A stretch of 64,000 bases of DNA from Candidatus Kerfeldbacteria bacterium. Its GTDB lineage: Bacteria > Patescibacteriota > Patescibacteriia > SBBC01. The DNA lies in assembly GCA_016207275.1 (NCBI GenBank), contig JACQPY010000012.1, positions 1,706-65,705 on the forward strand. The letters run 5' to 3'. Position 1 is the stretch's first letter. Every line of letters begins with the position of its first letter. The translations under genes and the position numbers were made by a program. A model generated the notes under the pieces. It saw only the letters and a program-made list of their open reading frames with translations. It ran no database searches and was not told where the DNA came from. Of this stretch, positions 48,397 to 56,908 are shown one piece after another.

Positions 48397-49635
48397 ATGG
48401 CTATTAACTGGAAACGACTGCTGCTGGTGCTCGGGTTCCTCTTGGTTACCATTGGTATTGGCGTGACGATTTACTTCGTCTTCTTCCGCAATATCTTCGG
48501 TCCGCCGGCCGCTAACCAGAACATCAACGGCGTCATTTTCCCGCTGGCGAATGAAAACCGCAATGCCGGCGTGGGACCAGCTAACGTTAATGCCTTGCCA
48601 AACGTCAACGCGGCGGTCGGTCAACCGCGGCCAGTGGCTGACGGCGGGCCGACGCAGGTGGTGCCGATCGTCAGCACGCTGCCGGGCGGGGCGACGCTGG
48701 CCAACAACGGCCGTGATCTACTCTACTACGATCCGCGGACCGGCAAGTTCTACCAAATTTCTCCCGACGGCCGGACCCGGACCGAGCTGACGCCGGACCG
48801 CTATCCGGCGGCCGACAAGGTGACCTGGGCGCCGCTTCGTGACAAGGCGGCGATCGAGTTTCCCGACGGCAGCAAGTTCATCTACGACTTTCGACAGCAG
48901 AAGCAGTATACCCTGGCCCCGGAAATGGAAGAAATCACTTTCTCGCCGACCGGCGACAAGATTTCGTTCAAGTTCATTGGCGACGACCCGGCTGACCGGT
49001 TGTTGGTGACGGCAAATTTCGACGGCACCGGCGCGACCACCATTGAGCCGCTGGCCGACAAAGCTGACCAGTTTGACGTTAACTGGTCACCGCTCGGCAA
49101 CGTCGTCGCTACCTTCCGCGAATCGATCGATGCCGATCGGCAGCGGGTCATCCCGATTGGGTTATTGGGGGAAAATTTTTCCTCCTTTAACGTCCCTGGT
49201 CGCGGTTTCCAACACATCTGGTCGACCGACGGCAGTAACATTTTGTTCAGCGTCTTCCGCAAAGACACCGGCTACAATCCAAACTTGTACATTGCCAGCG
49301 GGCGGACCGAATCGCTCGGCAACAACATGATTAACCTGGACTTGCAAACGTGGCCGGACAAGTGCGTCTTCGGGTCGGCGGCCGCCTTGTTCTGCGCCGT
49401 GCCGCAGTACTTGGAACAGGGAACCGGCTTGTTCCCGAACCTGGCCAGCGAAGTGCCGGACGACTTCTACCGAATCGACTTGGCCACTGGTCAGAAGCAG
49501 CTGATCGCCCGGCCGGTCAATGCCGACGGCGAGTCGTCTTACACCGCCTCGCAGCTGATACTGTCAGCCGATGAGACCGTGCTGTACTTCTTTGACCAGC
49601 GGACCAATCAGGTCCAGAAAATTCAGTTGAAGTAG
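48397..49635 (+). CDS. membrane-anchored beta-propeller (TolB/WD40-like) protein
   Basis: N-terminal TM; VTWAP, ITFSPTGD, VNWSP, IWSTDG blades. Confidence 0.78.
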   Translation: MAINWKRLLLVLGFLLVTIGIGVTIYFVFFRNIFGPPAANQNINGVIFPLANENRNAGVGPANVNALPNVNAAVGQPRPVADGGPTQVVPIVSTLPGGATLANNGRDLLYYDPRTGKFYQISPDGRTRTELTPDRYPAADKVTWAPLRDKAAIEFPDGSKFIYDFRQQKQYTLAPEMEEITFSPTGDKISFKFIGDDPADRLLVTANFDGTGATTIEPLADKADQFDVNWSPLGNVVATFRESIDADRQRVIPIGLLGENFSSFNVPGRGFQHIWSTDGSNILFSVFRKDTGYNPNLYIASGRTESLGNNMINLDLQTWPDKCVFGSAAALFCAVPQYLEQGTGLFPNLASEVPDDFYRIDLATGQKQLIARPVNADGESSYTASQLILSADETVLYFFDQRTNQVQKIQLK

Positions 49636-49636
49636 C

Positions 49637-51169
49637 ATGCGACGCTGGTGGGTGGTGTTAAGCTTGACAGTAGGGCTGACGATTGCGGTCGGCGCGTCGG
49701 CTCAGAGTACTGGCTGCTGCGTTACGTCAAGCCAAACGTGTGTCCCAAACCTAACCCAGTTGGCCTGCGATCAAACCTACCCGGGCGGCAGCGCCGGCGG
49801 CAACTTTTACGCAGTCGCCAGCTGCAACGACGTGCCTTTTTGCGCCACGCTGGGCAAGTGCGAACGGACCAGCCCGGCTGACTGCAAGAACCTGAAGCGC
49901 TGGGAGTGCGACCAGTTGAGCGGCCAGGGCTACAATTTTTTTGCGAACCAGGTTTGCGGCGGCGGCGTGGCCACGGGACGTTGCTGCGCCGAGGACAAAT
50001 CAGCGCGTAACCCGTCGTGTCGCGAAGACCTTGATCGTAATAGTTGCCAGTTGATTGGCTGGGAGTACTACACCACCGCCTGCAGCGCTGTCGCTCACTG
50101 TCCGCAAGCGCGGTCCGGAACGCCGTTCGGCAAAGTCATCGGTTCCTGTACCTTGCCTGACGGCACGTGCACGAATAGCTTGAGCCTCGAAGACTGTACT
50201 AAGCGGCAAGGCAAGTTTGCAAAGGATCAGGTATGCCCGTTATTTTTCACGCCCAACGTCCCAATTCCGGGGCTGTTCGAAGGCGAGCAGCAGGTCAGCG
50301 GCACGTTATTTTCCCGCTACCTCGGCGCTTTTTTCGTCTACTTCATCGGCGTGGTCGGTATCTTGGCCGTGGTCATGATGATGTGGGGCGGGTACCACTA
50401 CATCGTGTCAGCCGGAAATCCGCAGAAGATGAACCAGGGCAAGGAAATCATCAGCGGGGCGATCATTGGCTTGGTACTGGCCCTAACCTCATTCTTACTG
50501 TTGCAGACGATTAACCCGGCCTTGGTCAACTTTCGCGGGATTCTACCGATCTACATCGGCCAGATTTTAGTCAGGGAAGAGCGCGAGGCCACGCCGCTGA
50601 AGAAAGACGTGGCGACCAAAGCGGACGTGAGCACCTCGACGCTCAAATCGATATTGTCGCTGGTCAAGCAAAATAGCTACGATCGGATGGTTCTATCTGA
50701 AGCGAACAACGATAAGGAGGTTGCCTATCGGGCCCTGTCCATCCTCTTCATTGAGTCGTCAGGCGTTGCTAACGCAAAATCAATCGCCAACGCTTACGGA
50801 CTGATGCAGTTGCTTCCGGCGACAGCGGAAACCTGCGGCGTCGCTGTCAACGATCTGTTCGATCCAGCCAAGAACATCAAGGCCGGCGTTTGTTACCTCA
50901 AGAGTCTCTTGAGCAATCCTTGCCCGACGCCGGAACAGATGAAAAAAAGAAATGTCGTGTGCCGAGTTGGTGAGGTTTGCAAAAAAAGCGAGATCAAGTT
51001 TGTCTACGCTGCCTACAACGGCGGATCAGCCGCAAACTTCTGTTCCAGCACTTGTCTCGGCCAAACCTGGTGGCAGTGCACGGAAAACCCTGGATATGAG
51101 GAAACGAGAGTCTACGCTCAAAAGGCTCAGCTGGTGTATGACTGGCTGTGGGAGCAGAAGGTGTACTAG
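49637..51169 (+). CDS. Cys-repeat + VirB2-like pilin + lytic transglycosylase (SLT) fusion
   Basis: pilin GILAVVMMMWGGYHY..SAGN; SLT motifs IESSG, AYGLMQL, AAYNGG, ETRVY. Confidence 0.85.
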   Translation: MRRWWVVLSLTVGLTIAVGASAQSTGCCVTSSQTCVPNLTQLACDQTYPGGSAGGNFYAVASCNDVPFCATLGKCERTSPADCKNLKRWECDQLSGQGYNFFANQVCGGGVATGRCCAEDKSARNPSCREDLDRNSCQLIGWEYYTTACSAVAHCPQARSGTPFGKVIGSCTLPDGTCTNSLSLEDCTKRQGKFAKDQVCPLFFTPNVPIPGLFEGEQQVSGTLFSRYLGAFFVYFIGVVGILAVVMMMWGGYHYIVSAGNPQKMNQGKEIISGAIIGLVLALTSFLLLQTINPALVNFRGILPIYIGQILVREEREATPLKKDVATKADVSTSTLKSILSLVKQNSYDRMVLSEANNDKEVAYRALSILFIESSGVANAKSIANAYGLMQLLPATAETCGVAVNDLFDPAKNIKAGVCYLKSLLSNPCPTPEQMKKRNVVCRVGEVCKKSEIKFVYAAYNGGSAANFCSSTCLGQTWWQCTENPGYEETRVYAQKAQLVYDWLWEQKVY

Positions 51170-51262
51170 GAGGTTAGGTCTTAGGAAATTAGGAAGTTAG
51201 GTTTTAGGGGATTAGGGAATTAGGGGTTAGGAAATTAGGCAGTTAGGAAGTTAGGTTGTTAG
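51168..51262 (+). repeat. 7-8-mer tandem repeat with TTAGG core (11 copies)
   Basis: AGGTTAGGTCTTAGGAAATTAGGAAGTTAGGTTTTAGGGGATTAGGGAATTAGGGGTTAGG... Confidence 0.85.
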
Positions 51263-51266
51263 CAAT

Positions 51267-51311
51267 AAAAAGAAAGCCCGTGAGCACGGAGTTGAACCAT
51301 GCGCACGGGCG
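51267..51311 (-). terminator. terminator of the minus-strand small-ORF unit
   Basis: GCCCGTGAGCA/TGCGCACGGGC stem followed on the minus strand by TTTCTTTTT. Confidence 0.6.
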
Positions 51312-51369
51312 GATCTTCGGCTACCAACCTCCTTGTGGTGGGGGAATTACGTTCACCGAAGCGAACGTA

Positions 51370-51636
51370 CTAGCTGGTCGTCCCGTACTGCCGGGCGAGG
51401 ACGCCATCGATGACGCCATCGCAGGGCTTGCAGAACGGCCCGGTCTCGCCCGAAGCCAAAGGCTCCAGGCACCGCGAGCACAGCTGCTTGGGGCCATCCG
51501 AGATGGTCAGGAACCCTCCCTTGCCGAGCACCAGGACCTTATCGTCCACGTGTACGGCTCGTCTGATCGGGTCGCTCTGAACCTCGGTGAGAGGCAGTGT
51601 GCGCATGATCGCGGGACCAGCAGGTGGTGCTTCCAT
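51370..51636 (-). CDS. small protein with a C-terminal zinc finger
   Basis: CSRC...CKPC; AAGGAAG SD before ATG. Confidence 0.6.
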   Translation of the reverse strand: MEAPPAGPAIMRTLPLTEVQSDPIRRAVHVDDKVLVLGKGGFLTISDGPKQLCSRCLEPLASGETGPFCKPCDGVIDGVLARQYGTTS

Positions 51637-51708
51637 GTTAAACTTCCTTGTTTTTGACCCCCTCAGTAAGGGTCAGGTGTACATCACAAACAACAAGGGG
51701 AAAGATGG

Positions 51709-51915
51709 CTAGATGCCGCTCAGGCGGCGTCGGTACTCAATAGGAAATCCTCCATGGGTTGAAGGCAGCTTCGAAGTGGAAAGGTCAAGGGAGGGGGCGG
51801 CCGCAGACTGGTGGGCTACAACCCGTACGAACATGCTGATGGTAGCAGTCTCCAGCATGCCGATGCGAGCCTGATGGGATGTTGTCCCAACTGAGTTTTC
51901 AGGCCTCTGGGCCAA
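51709..51915 (-). CDS. small hypothetical protein
   Basis: GGAGG SD before TTG; downstream of a promoter. Confidence 0.4.
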   Translation of the reverse strand: MAQRPENSVGTTSHQARIGMLETATISMFVRVVAHQSAAAPSLDLSTSKLPSTHGGFPIEYRRRLSGI

Positions 51916-51950
51916 ACCCCCTCCACGTTGAGACGAGCGAATAGTTAAAG

Positions 51951-51978
51951 ACTATACCTCTTGTGTTGAGTGTGTCAA
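51951..51978 (-). promoter_or_regulatory. sigma70 promoter
   Basis: minus strand TTGACA-16 bp-TATAGT. Confidence 0.6.
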
Positions 51979-51980
51979 CC

Positions 51981-54068
51981 CTACTCCCGGTGCAGCGTCC
52001 GGTAAAAGGCTTGGGCTTTACGGGCCAGCAGGCGATGCTGGGCTAAGTCAGGATCGGCTTGGAGCAGCGATGTGGCACTATCGTGAGCCCGCTTCATCAA
52101 GGGCAGATCGGTCAGCGTCGCCAGTCGGAATGCCGGCAACCCGGACTGGCGAATGCCGTAGAGGTCGCCGGGACCGCGCCGGCGGAGGTCTTCCTCGGCC
52201 AGCGCAAAGCCGTCGGTGGTCCGTTCGACAATCGCCAGCCGGTCGCGGACCTCGGAATCGTCGCTTTCGGTGAGCAAAAAGCAGGACGACGGCTTGGCGC
52301 TGCGGCCGACGCGACCGCGCAGCTGGTGGAGCTGGGCCAGGCCAAACCGCTCGGCGCCGAGAATGACCATGGTCGTCGCGTTGGGCACGTCGACGCCGAC
52401 CTCGACCACCGGCGTCGCGACCAGGACGTCGAGCGAACCAGCGGCGAACTGCTGTAAGACAGCAGTTTTTTCTTTGGCTGGCAGTTTGCCGTGGAGCATG
52501 CCGATGGTCAGGTTGACGAGCGGGCCGGTCCGCAACCGTTCGTATTCGGTGGTCGCGGCGGCGACGCCCAATTCATCTGACTCCTCAATCAGCGGACAGA
52601 CCACGTAGGTTTGCTCGTCGGCCGCGGCGCGGTCCTGAACGTGCTGCCAGACCTGCGCCGCAGCCTGGGGAGCCACAACCGCGGTGGCGATTGGTTGCCG
52701 CCCCGGCGGCAGCTGGCGCAGGAACGAAAGGGTCAGGTCGCCGTAGAGGGATAAGGCTAAGGTTCGGGGAATGGGCGTGGCGGTCATTGAGAGGAGGTGC
52801 GGCACCAGGCCGTTTGCGCCTTTCAGCTGGAGCGCGTGTCGCTGCTCTACGCCAAAGCGCTGCTGCTCGTCTACCACCACCAAGGTCAGACGATGAAAGT
52901 TGACGGTTTCGGTCAGCAGGGCGTGTGTTCCGACCACCACGTCGATGCGGCCGTCGGCTAGCAGTTTCAAGAAGGAGCGTTTAGAGTTTGCTGGCTGGTT
53001 GCCGGCCTCGCGTTGCGTTCGGGTCAAGAGGCCAATCCGCAGGGATGAACTAAAGAAACGTTTCAACGTTTCGTAGTGCTGTCGAGCGAGGATGTCAGTC
53101 GGCGCCAGCAGGGCGGTTTGTGTGCTGGCTGAGGCGACACCGTGGGCGGCCACGGCCGCCACCGCTGTTTTGCCCGAGCCGACGTCGCCTTCGAGCAGCC
53201 GATTCATCGGCTGTTTCCTGGTCAGGTCTTTAAGGATTTCCCAGGCTGCCCGACGTTGGTCGTTGGTTAGAGTGAACGGTAACGACCGGACGAAAGCAGC
53301 AGTCTTTTCCTTGTTGAATGGCACGGGTGCGGCTTGACTGCTCGTTCGCAACTGGTCGGCGCGGAGGATTGCCAAACTGAAGAGCAACAGTTCGCCAAAC
53401 TTCAGCCGCTCCAACGACCGGGCAAGGACCTGTGGTGAGGGCGGAAAGTGAATGTCGTGAATAGCAGTTGGTAGCCGAACCAATCGTTCAGACGTCCGGA
53501 TTTTTTCGGGCAGCCAATCGGAGAGTGACTCAGCCAGGGGAAGCACCCGATGCATCAGTAACCGGATTTGCCGCTGCGTCAAACCGGCGGCGGCCCGGTA
53601 GACCGGCAAGATTCGACCGGCCAGGAGCTGCCGATCACCGACGCGTTCGATCAGCGGGGATTGCAACTGCTGGCCGTAGGGCGTGACCGCTAATTTACCC
53701 ACGGCAAACAGTTCGTCGCCCTGGCGAAAACTAGTCGCCAGGTAAGGCTGGTTAAACCAGATAATTTTAACGGTGCCGCTGTGGTCAGTCAGCAGCGCTT
53801 CAGTAATGGTCAGGCGTCGCCGGCGCCAGCCGCGACGAGATTGGATTAGCTGCAACCGTCCGCGCACGACCGCGGTTTGACCAACCCGTAGCTGCGCGAT
53901 CGGCGTCACGCGTCGGAGGTCTTCGTGTCGAATGGGAAAGTGCGACAGCACATCAACCGCCCGGAGGATGCCGAGGCGCCTGAGCTTGCTGGCTGTGGTC
54001 GGCCCGACCCCGGGCAGGTCAGCGACCGGCGTTGTGAGGGATAGCATACTGCTTTGCGACGCGGCCAA
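51981..54068 (-). CDS. recG: ATP-dependent DNA helicase RecG
   Basis: wedge domain; MNRLLEGDVGSGKT, DEQQRFGV, MTATPIPRTL, QLRGRVGR, EDLRRRGPG; start may be at 54047. Confidence 0.97.
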   Translation of the reverse strand: MAASQSSMLSLTTPVADLPGVGPTTASKLRRLGILRAVDVLSHFPIRHEDLRRVTPIAQLRVGQTAVVRGRLQLIQSRRGWRRRRLTITEALLTDHSGTVKIIWFNQPYLATSFRQGDELFAVGKLAVTPYGQQLQSPLIERVGDRQLLAGRILPVYRAAAGLTQRQIRLLMHRVLPLAESLSDWLPEKIRTSERLVRLPTAIHDIHFPPSPQVLARSLERLKFGELLLFSLAILRADQLRTSSQAAPVPFNKEKTAAFVRSLPFTLTNDQRRAAWEILKDLTRKQPMNRLLEGDVGSGKTAVAAVAAHGVASASTQTALLAPTDILARQHYETLKRFFSSSLRIGLLTRTQREAGNQPANSKRSFLKLLADGRIDVVVGTHALLTETVNFHRLTLVVVDEQQRFGVEQRHALQLKGANGLVPHLLSMTATPIPRTLALSLYGDLTLSFLRQLPPGRQPIATAVVAPQAAAQVWQHVQDRAAADEQTYVVCPLIEESDELGVAAATTEYERLRTGPLVNLTIGMLHGKLPAKEKTAVLQQFAAGSLDVLVATPVVEVGVDVPNATTMVILGAERFGLAQLHQLRGRVGRSAKPSSCFLLTESDDSEVRDRLAIVERTTDGFALAEEDLRRRGPGDLYGIRQSGLPAFRLATLTDLPLMKRAHDSATSLLQADPDLAQHRLLARKAQAFYRTLHRE

Positions 54069-54699
54069 CGAACGACCGCAACTGACGGTACGTTCGACCG
54101 GGGTACGGCGAGCGTTTGAATGCCGACCCCACCACGATTTCAGTGGCGCCAGCCGTGATGGCCGCTGGAATGGTGCGTTCGTTCATGGCGCCGTCAACGC
54201 TGATTTTCAAACGCGGAAATCGACGCCGCAGCGAGCGGACTACCTTGAGCTGGTTTGTGAGAAACGGTCTGCCCTGCTTTCCCGGACGGACGGTCATGAC
54301 CTGAATGGCTGAAGCGTAGCGGCGGTATGGGGAGAGAGCAGCGGGGGAGGTGCCTGGTTTCATGGCCAGGGTGATTTGAAATTGCCCTCTAAGTTTTTGG
54401 AGAAACTTTTGAGTGATCTTGGATTCTAGGTGGAGGATTAGGGTTCGAATACCGACCTTGGCGCAGGCTTGAATCCATGATGCCGGATTGGCAACCATCA
54501 GGTGGGCCGAGGAGTTTGGCGGGAGTTTCAGGCGCGCCAACGACGGCGGTCCAAATGAGCGGGTGGATACAAATCTGCCATCCGTCAGGTCGAGGTGGAT
54601 TGGGGCATGGAGTATACGCAAACGGTTGATGGACCGTTGCGCTTCGTGACGGGTTCGCCCCAAGACAGCGGGAACGATCCTAACGTGTGGCATGCTCAA
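54019..54699 (-). CDS. rpe: ribulose-phosphate 3-epimerase
   Basis: IHLDLTDGRFV, AHLMV, MTVRPG, VDGAM, IVVGSA. Confidence 0.88.
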   Translation of the reverse strand: MSMPHVRIVPAVLGRTRHEAQRSINRLRILHAPIHLDLTDGRFVSTRSFGPPSLARLKLPPNSSAHLMVANPASWIQACAKVGIRTLILHLESKITQKFLQKLRGQFQITLAMKPGTSPAALSPYRRYASAIQVMTVRPGKQGRPFLTNQLKVVRSLRRRFPRLKISVDGAMNERTIPAAITAGATEIVVGSAFKRSPYPGRTYRQLRSFVGRVAKQYAIPHNAGR

Positions 54700-55165
54700 T
54701 GGCCTTGATCTGTCGGATCCGTCGGCGGTCGCGCGTCGTATTTCGAAACCTCGTGGCCAAGAAGGTGCGAATGATTTTCCAGGAGGCGGCAGCGGTCAAG
54801 CGGTCGGCTGGCAGCGCCAGGACGTTGATGTTGTCGTCTCGTCGCGCACGTCTGGCAAGCCAAGGATCCGGAGCGACCGTAGCCCGGACGCCCATCACTT
54901 TATTTGCGACTACCGCCACGCCAACGCCAGAACGACACAGGAGAATGCCGCGGTTTCCTTGGTCACGAGTGACGGCTCGGGCAACTCGCGCAGCGATTGG
55001 TGGGTAGTCGTCAGACGGATCGAGGCGGCGGGCGCCTATGTCGATGAATGGAATTTTTGCTTTAGCCAGCATGTGCTTGAGCTGTTCTTTGAGTTTGTAT
55101 CCGCCGTGGTCGGTTCCGAGGAAGATTGTTAGACGTTTGACGTTTGACATGTGACTTTTGACCAA
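54680..55165 (-). CDS. rpiB: ribose-5-phosphate isomerase B
   Basis: GTDHGGY, DDYP, LLCRSGVG, ANKV, DNINVL. Confidence 0.92.
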   Translation of the reverse strand: MVKSHMSNVKRLTIFLGTDHGGYKLKEQLKHMLAKAKIPFIDIGARRLDPSDDYPPIAARVARAVTRDQGNRGILLCRSGVGVAVVANKVMGVRATVAPDPWLARRARRDDNINVLALPADRLTAAASWKIIRTFLATRFRNTTRDRRRIRQIKAIEHATR

Positions 55166-55199
55166 AGGGTTCGTTTCATAAAAACATACAGCGCAGACT

Positions 55200-56057
55200 T
55201 TAGTCTGCGCGCCGCTTGTTCTGTTTCAACAATTCAAGGGCGCCGTACAGGCCGCCGACGTCGCCGAGTTGGGCTCGGGCGAGTTTGGGCATTCGGTAAC
55301 TGCTGAGAAGATGTCGCAGCTGCGTGCGCACCTCGTTGACGTCGATGCCGGGTTTTTTCATCATCGACCCGCCCAGAACAACTGCTTCGGGTGACCAAAA
55401 ATACGCGACATTTACTAAACCAACCGCCAACCTTTTCGCCGCTTCCTTCCAAACGGTTACGCTTCGAATCTGTCTCGGTGGTCGGTGGTAGCGATGTTGG
55501 ATGGCGGTTCCGGAAATTAAAGCCTCGAGCGTCCCACGCAAGTACGGGTTATGGTACGGTGGGTAGGTCGGACCGTCGAATTTGATGATTTGATGTCCGG
55601 GTTCGAGTCCGATCGCGGCCCGGTCTATCCGCCCACCGACAATCCGAGTACCGCCGACGCCGGTGCTGATGGTTAGGTAGGCCAGGATTGAGTAACCACG
55701 GCCGGCCCCATAGTGAGCCTCGCCAAGACCAGCTAAGTCGGCGTCGTTTTCCAATCGGACTGTCGTTTTCAGGTGGGTTGCTAGATCGCGAACCAACGGT
55801 TTTCCTGCCCAGCGGGGCAAATGCGTGCTGCTGAGCAGTCGGTCTTTATTCGGACTGAGTGCGCCGGGAACACCTCCGGTTGCCGCCGTAATTCGAGCGG
55901 AGCCGGTCAGCTGTCGAGCAAGGAGTGTAATCGTCGCGATCGCTGCTCGGTATTCTTTTGGACTCTTCGTAATGATCGGCGAACCAAAACGTCGGCCGTC
56001 GCGCGTGACTGCCAGCCGCATATTCGTTCCGCCGATGTCGAAGAGAAGGGCGTTCAT
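55200..56057 (-). CDS. ROK family sugar kinase
   Basis: FDIGGTNMR, LENDADLAGLGE, TISTGVGG, EPGH. Confidence 0.92.
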   Translation of the reverse strand: MNALLFDIGGTNMRLAVTRDGRRFGSPIITKSPKEYRAAIATITLLARQLTGSARITAATGGVPGALSPNKDRLLSSTHLPRWAGKPLVRDLATHLKTTVRLENDADLAGLGEAHYGAGRGYSILAYLTISTGVGGTRIVGGRIDRAAIGLEPGHQIIKFDGPTYPPYHNPYLRGTLEALISGTAIQHRYHRPPRQIRSVTVWKEAAKRLAVGLVNVAYFWSPEAVVLGGSMMKKPGIDVNEVRTQLRHLLSSYRMPKLARAQLGDVGGLYGALELLKQNKRRAD

Positions 56058-56908
56058 TTCACTGCGGCCTGGAGAAGACTGTTCCAGTCTTCGGAGAATT
56101 TCGTTATTCCTTTGTCGGTGAGTTCATGGTGGAGATCGAAGCTCTGCCAATCTGCATTGAGGTTGAGTTCTTCGTAGGGTATGGATTGTAGTGGGGGTTG
56201 TGGCAGCGTGGAGATTTCTTCTCCTTTTGTCCACGCCAGGAGCACTTTTGCCGGCGCGGTGATGATATCAGCTTGGAGGTTAAGCAGGCTTTGTAGGTGT
56301 GCGACTGAACGGACGCTGGCGGCGAGTACCATGACGTGACCGCCGCCCTTCTGGTACATCTGTTGAATGTTCTTGATGAGATCGAGTCCTTGCTGGCCAA
56401 TGTCGTCAAGCCGTCCGATGAACGGCGACAGAAAAACGTCGCCGCGGGAGGCACCGGTGGTGGCGGAATATACCGCGGCCGCTTGGGATTGGGAAAATAC
56501 CAACGTCATGTTCACCCGGATCCCTTCGGCCAGTGCTTGACCAGCCGCCTTCAACCCCTCAGCGGTGGTTGGGAACTTGATGTGGGCATTGGGAATCCAG
56601 GAGTTGAACTCGCGTGCTTGCTTCAGCATCTTCTGGGCAGTGGTGGTAAGGTCAGCGTACGTCTCGATGGAGATCGACCCCTGAGGAACCAGACCGGAAA
56701 TTTCTTGGACCACGCGTTTGTAAAATTCCCAGAGCTCCTCGTTGGTAAAGGGCTGCCGCCGTTCCTTCCTGGCCGCAGCCTCGGGGGATTTGGCAATCAG
56801 CGTTGGGTTTGTAGTCTGGCCGTCGAGAAAGCCGAGGGTCTGAAGAACGGCTCTCGTCTCCCCGGGATCACCGCTATCAAGGAACATCTTTGTTGACGGA
56901 CGCTTCAT
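56054..56908 (-). CDS. tal: transaldolase
   Basis: FLDSGD, GQTTNPTLI, HIKFP, VNMTLVFS, SPFIGRLDD, LAASVR. Confidence 0.93.
   Translation of the reverse strand: MKRPSTKMFLDSGDPGETRAVLQTLGFLDGQTTNPTLIAKSPEAAARKERRQPFTNEELWEFYKRVVQEISGLVPQGSISIETYADLTTTAQKMLKQAREFNSWIPNAHIKFPTTAEGLKAAGQALAEGIRVNMTLVFSQSQAAAVYSATTGASRGDVFLSPFIGRLDDIGQQGLDLIKNIQQMYQKGGGHVMVLAASVRSVAHLQSLLNLQADIITAPAKVLLAWTKGEEISTLPQPPLQSIPYEELNLNADWQSFDLHHELTDKGITKFSEDWNSLLQAAVK

Noticed and set aside
51168-51262. CRISPR array or true telomere
   Set aside because: Units are 7-8 bp with no spacers or cas genes, and the tract is internal to continuous bacterial sequence
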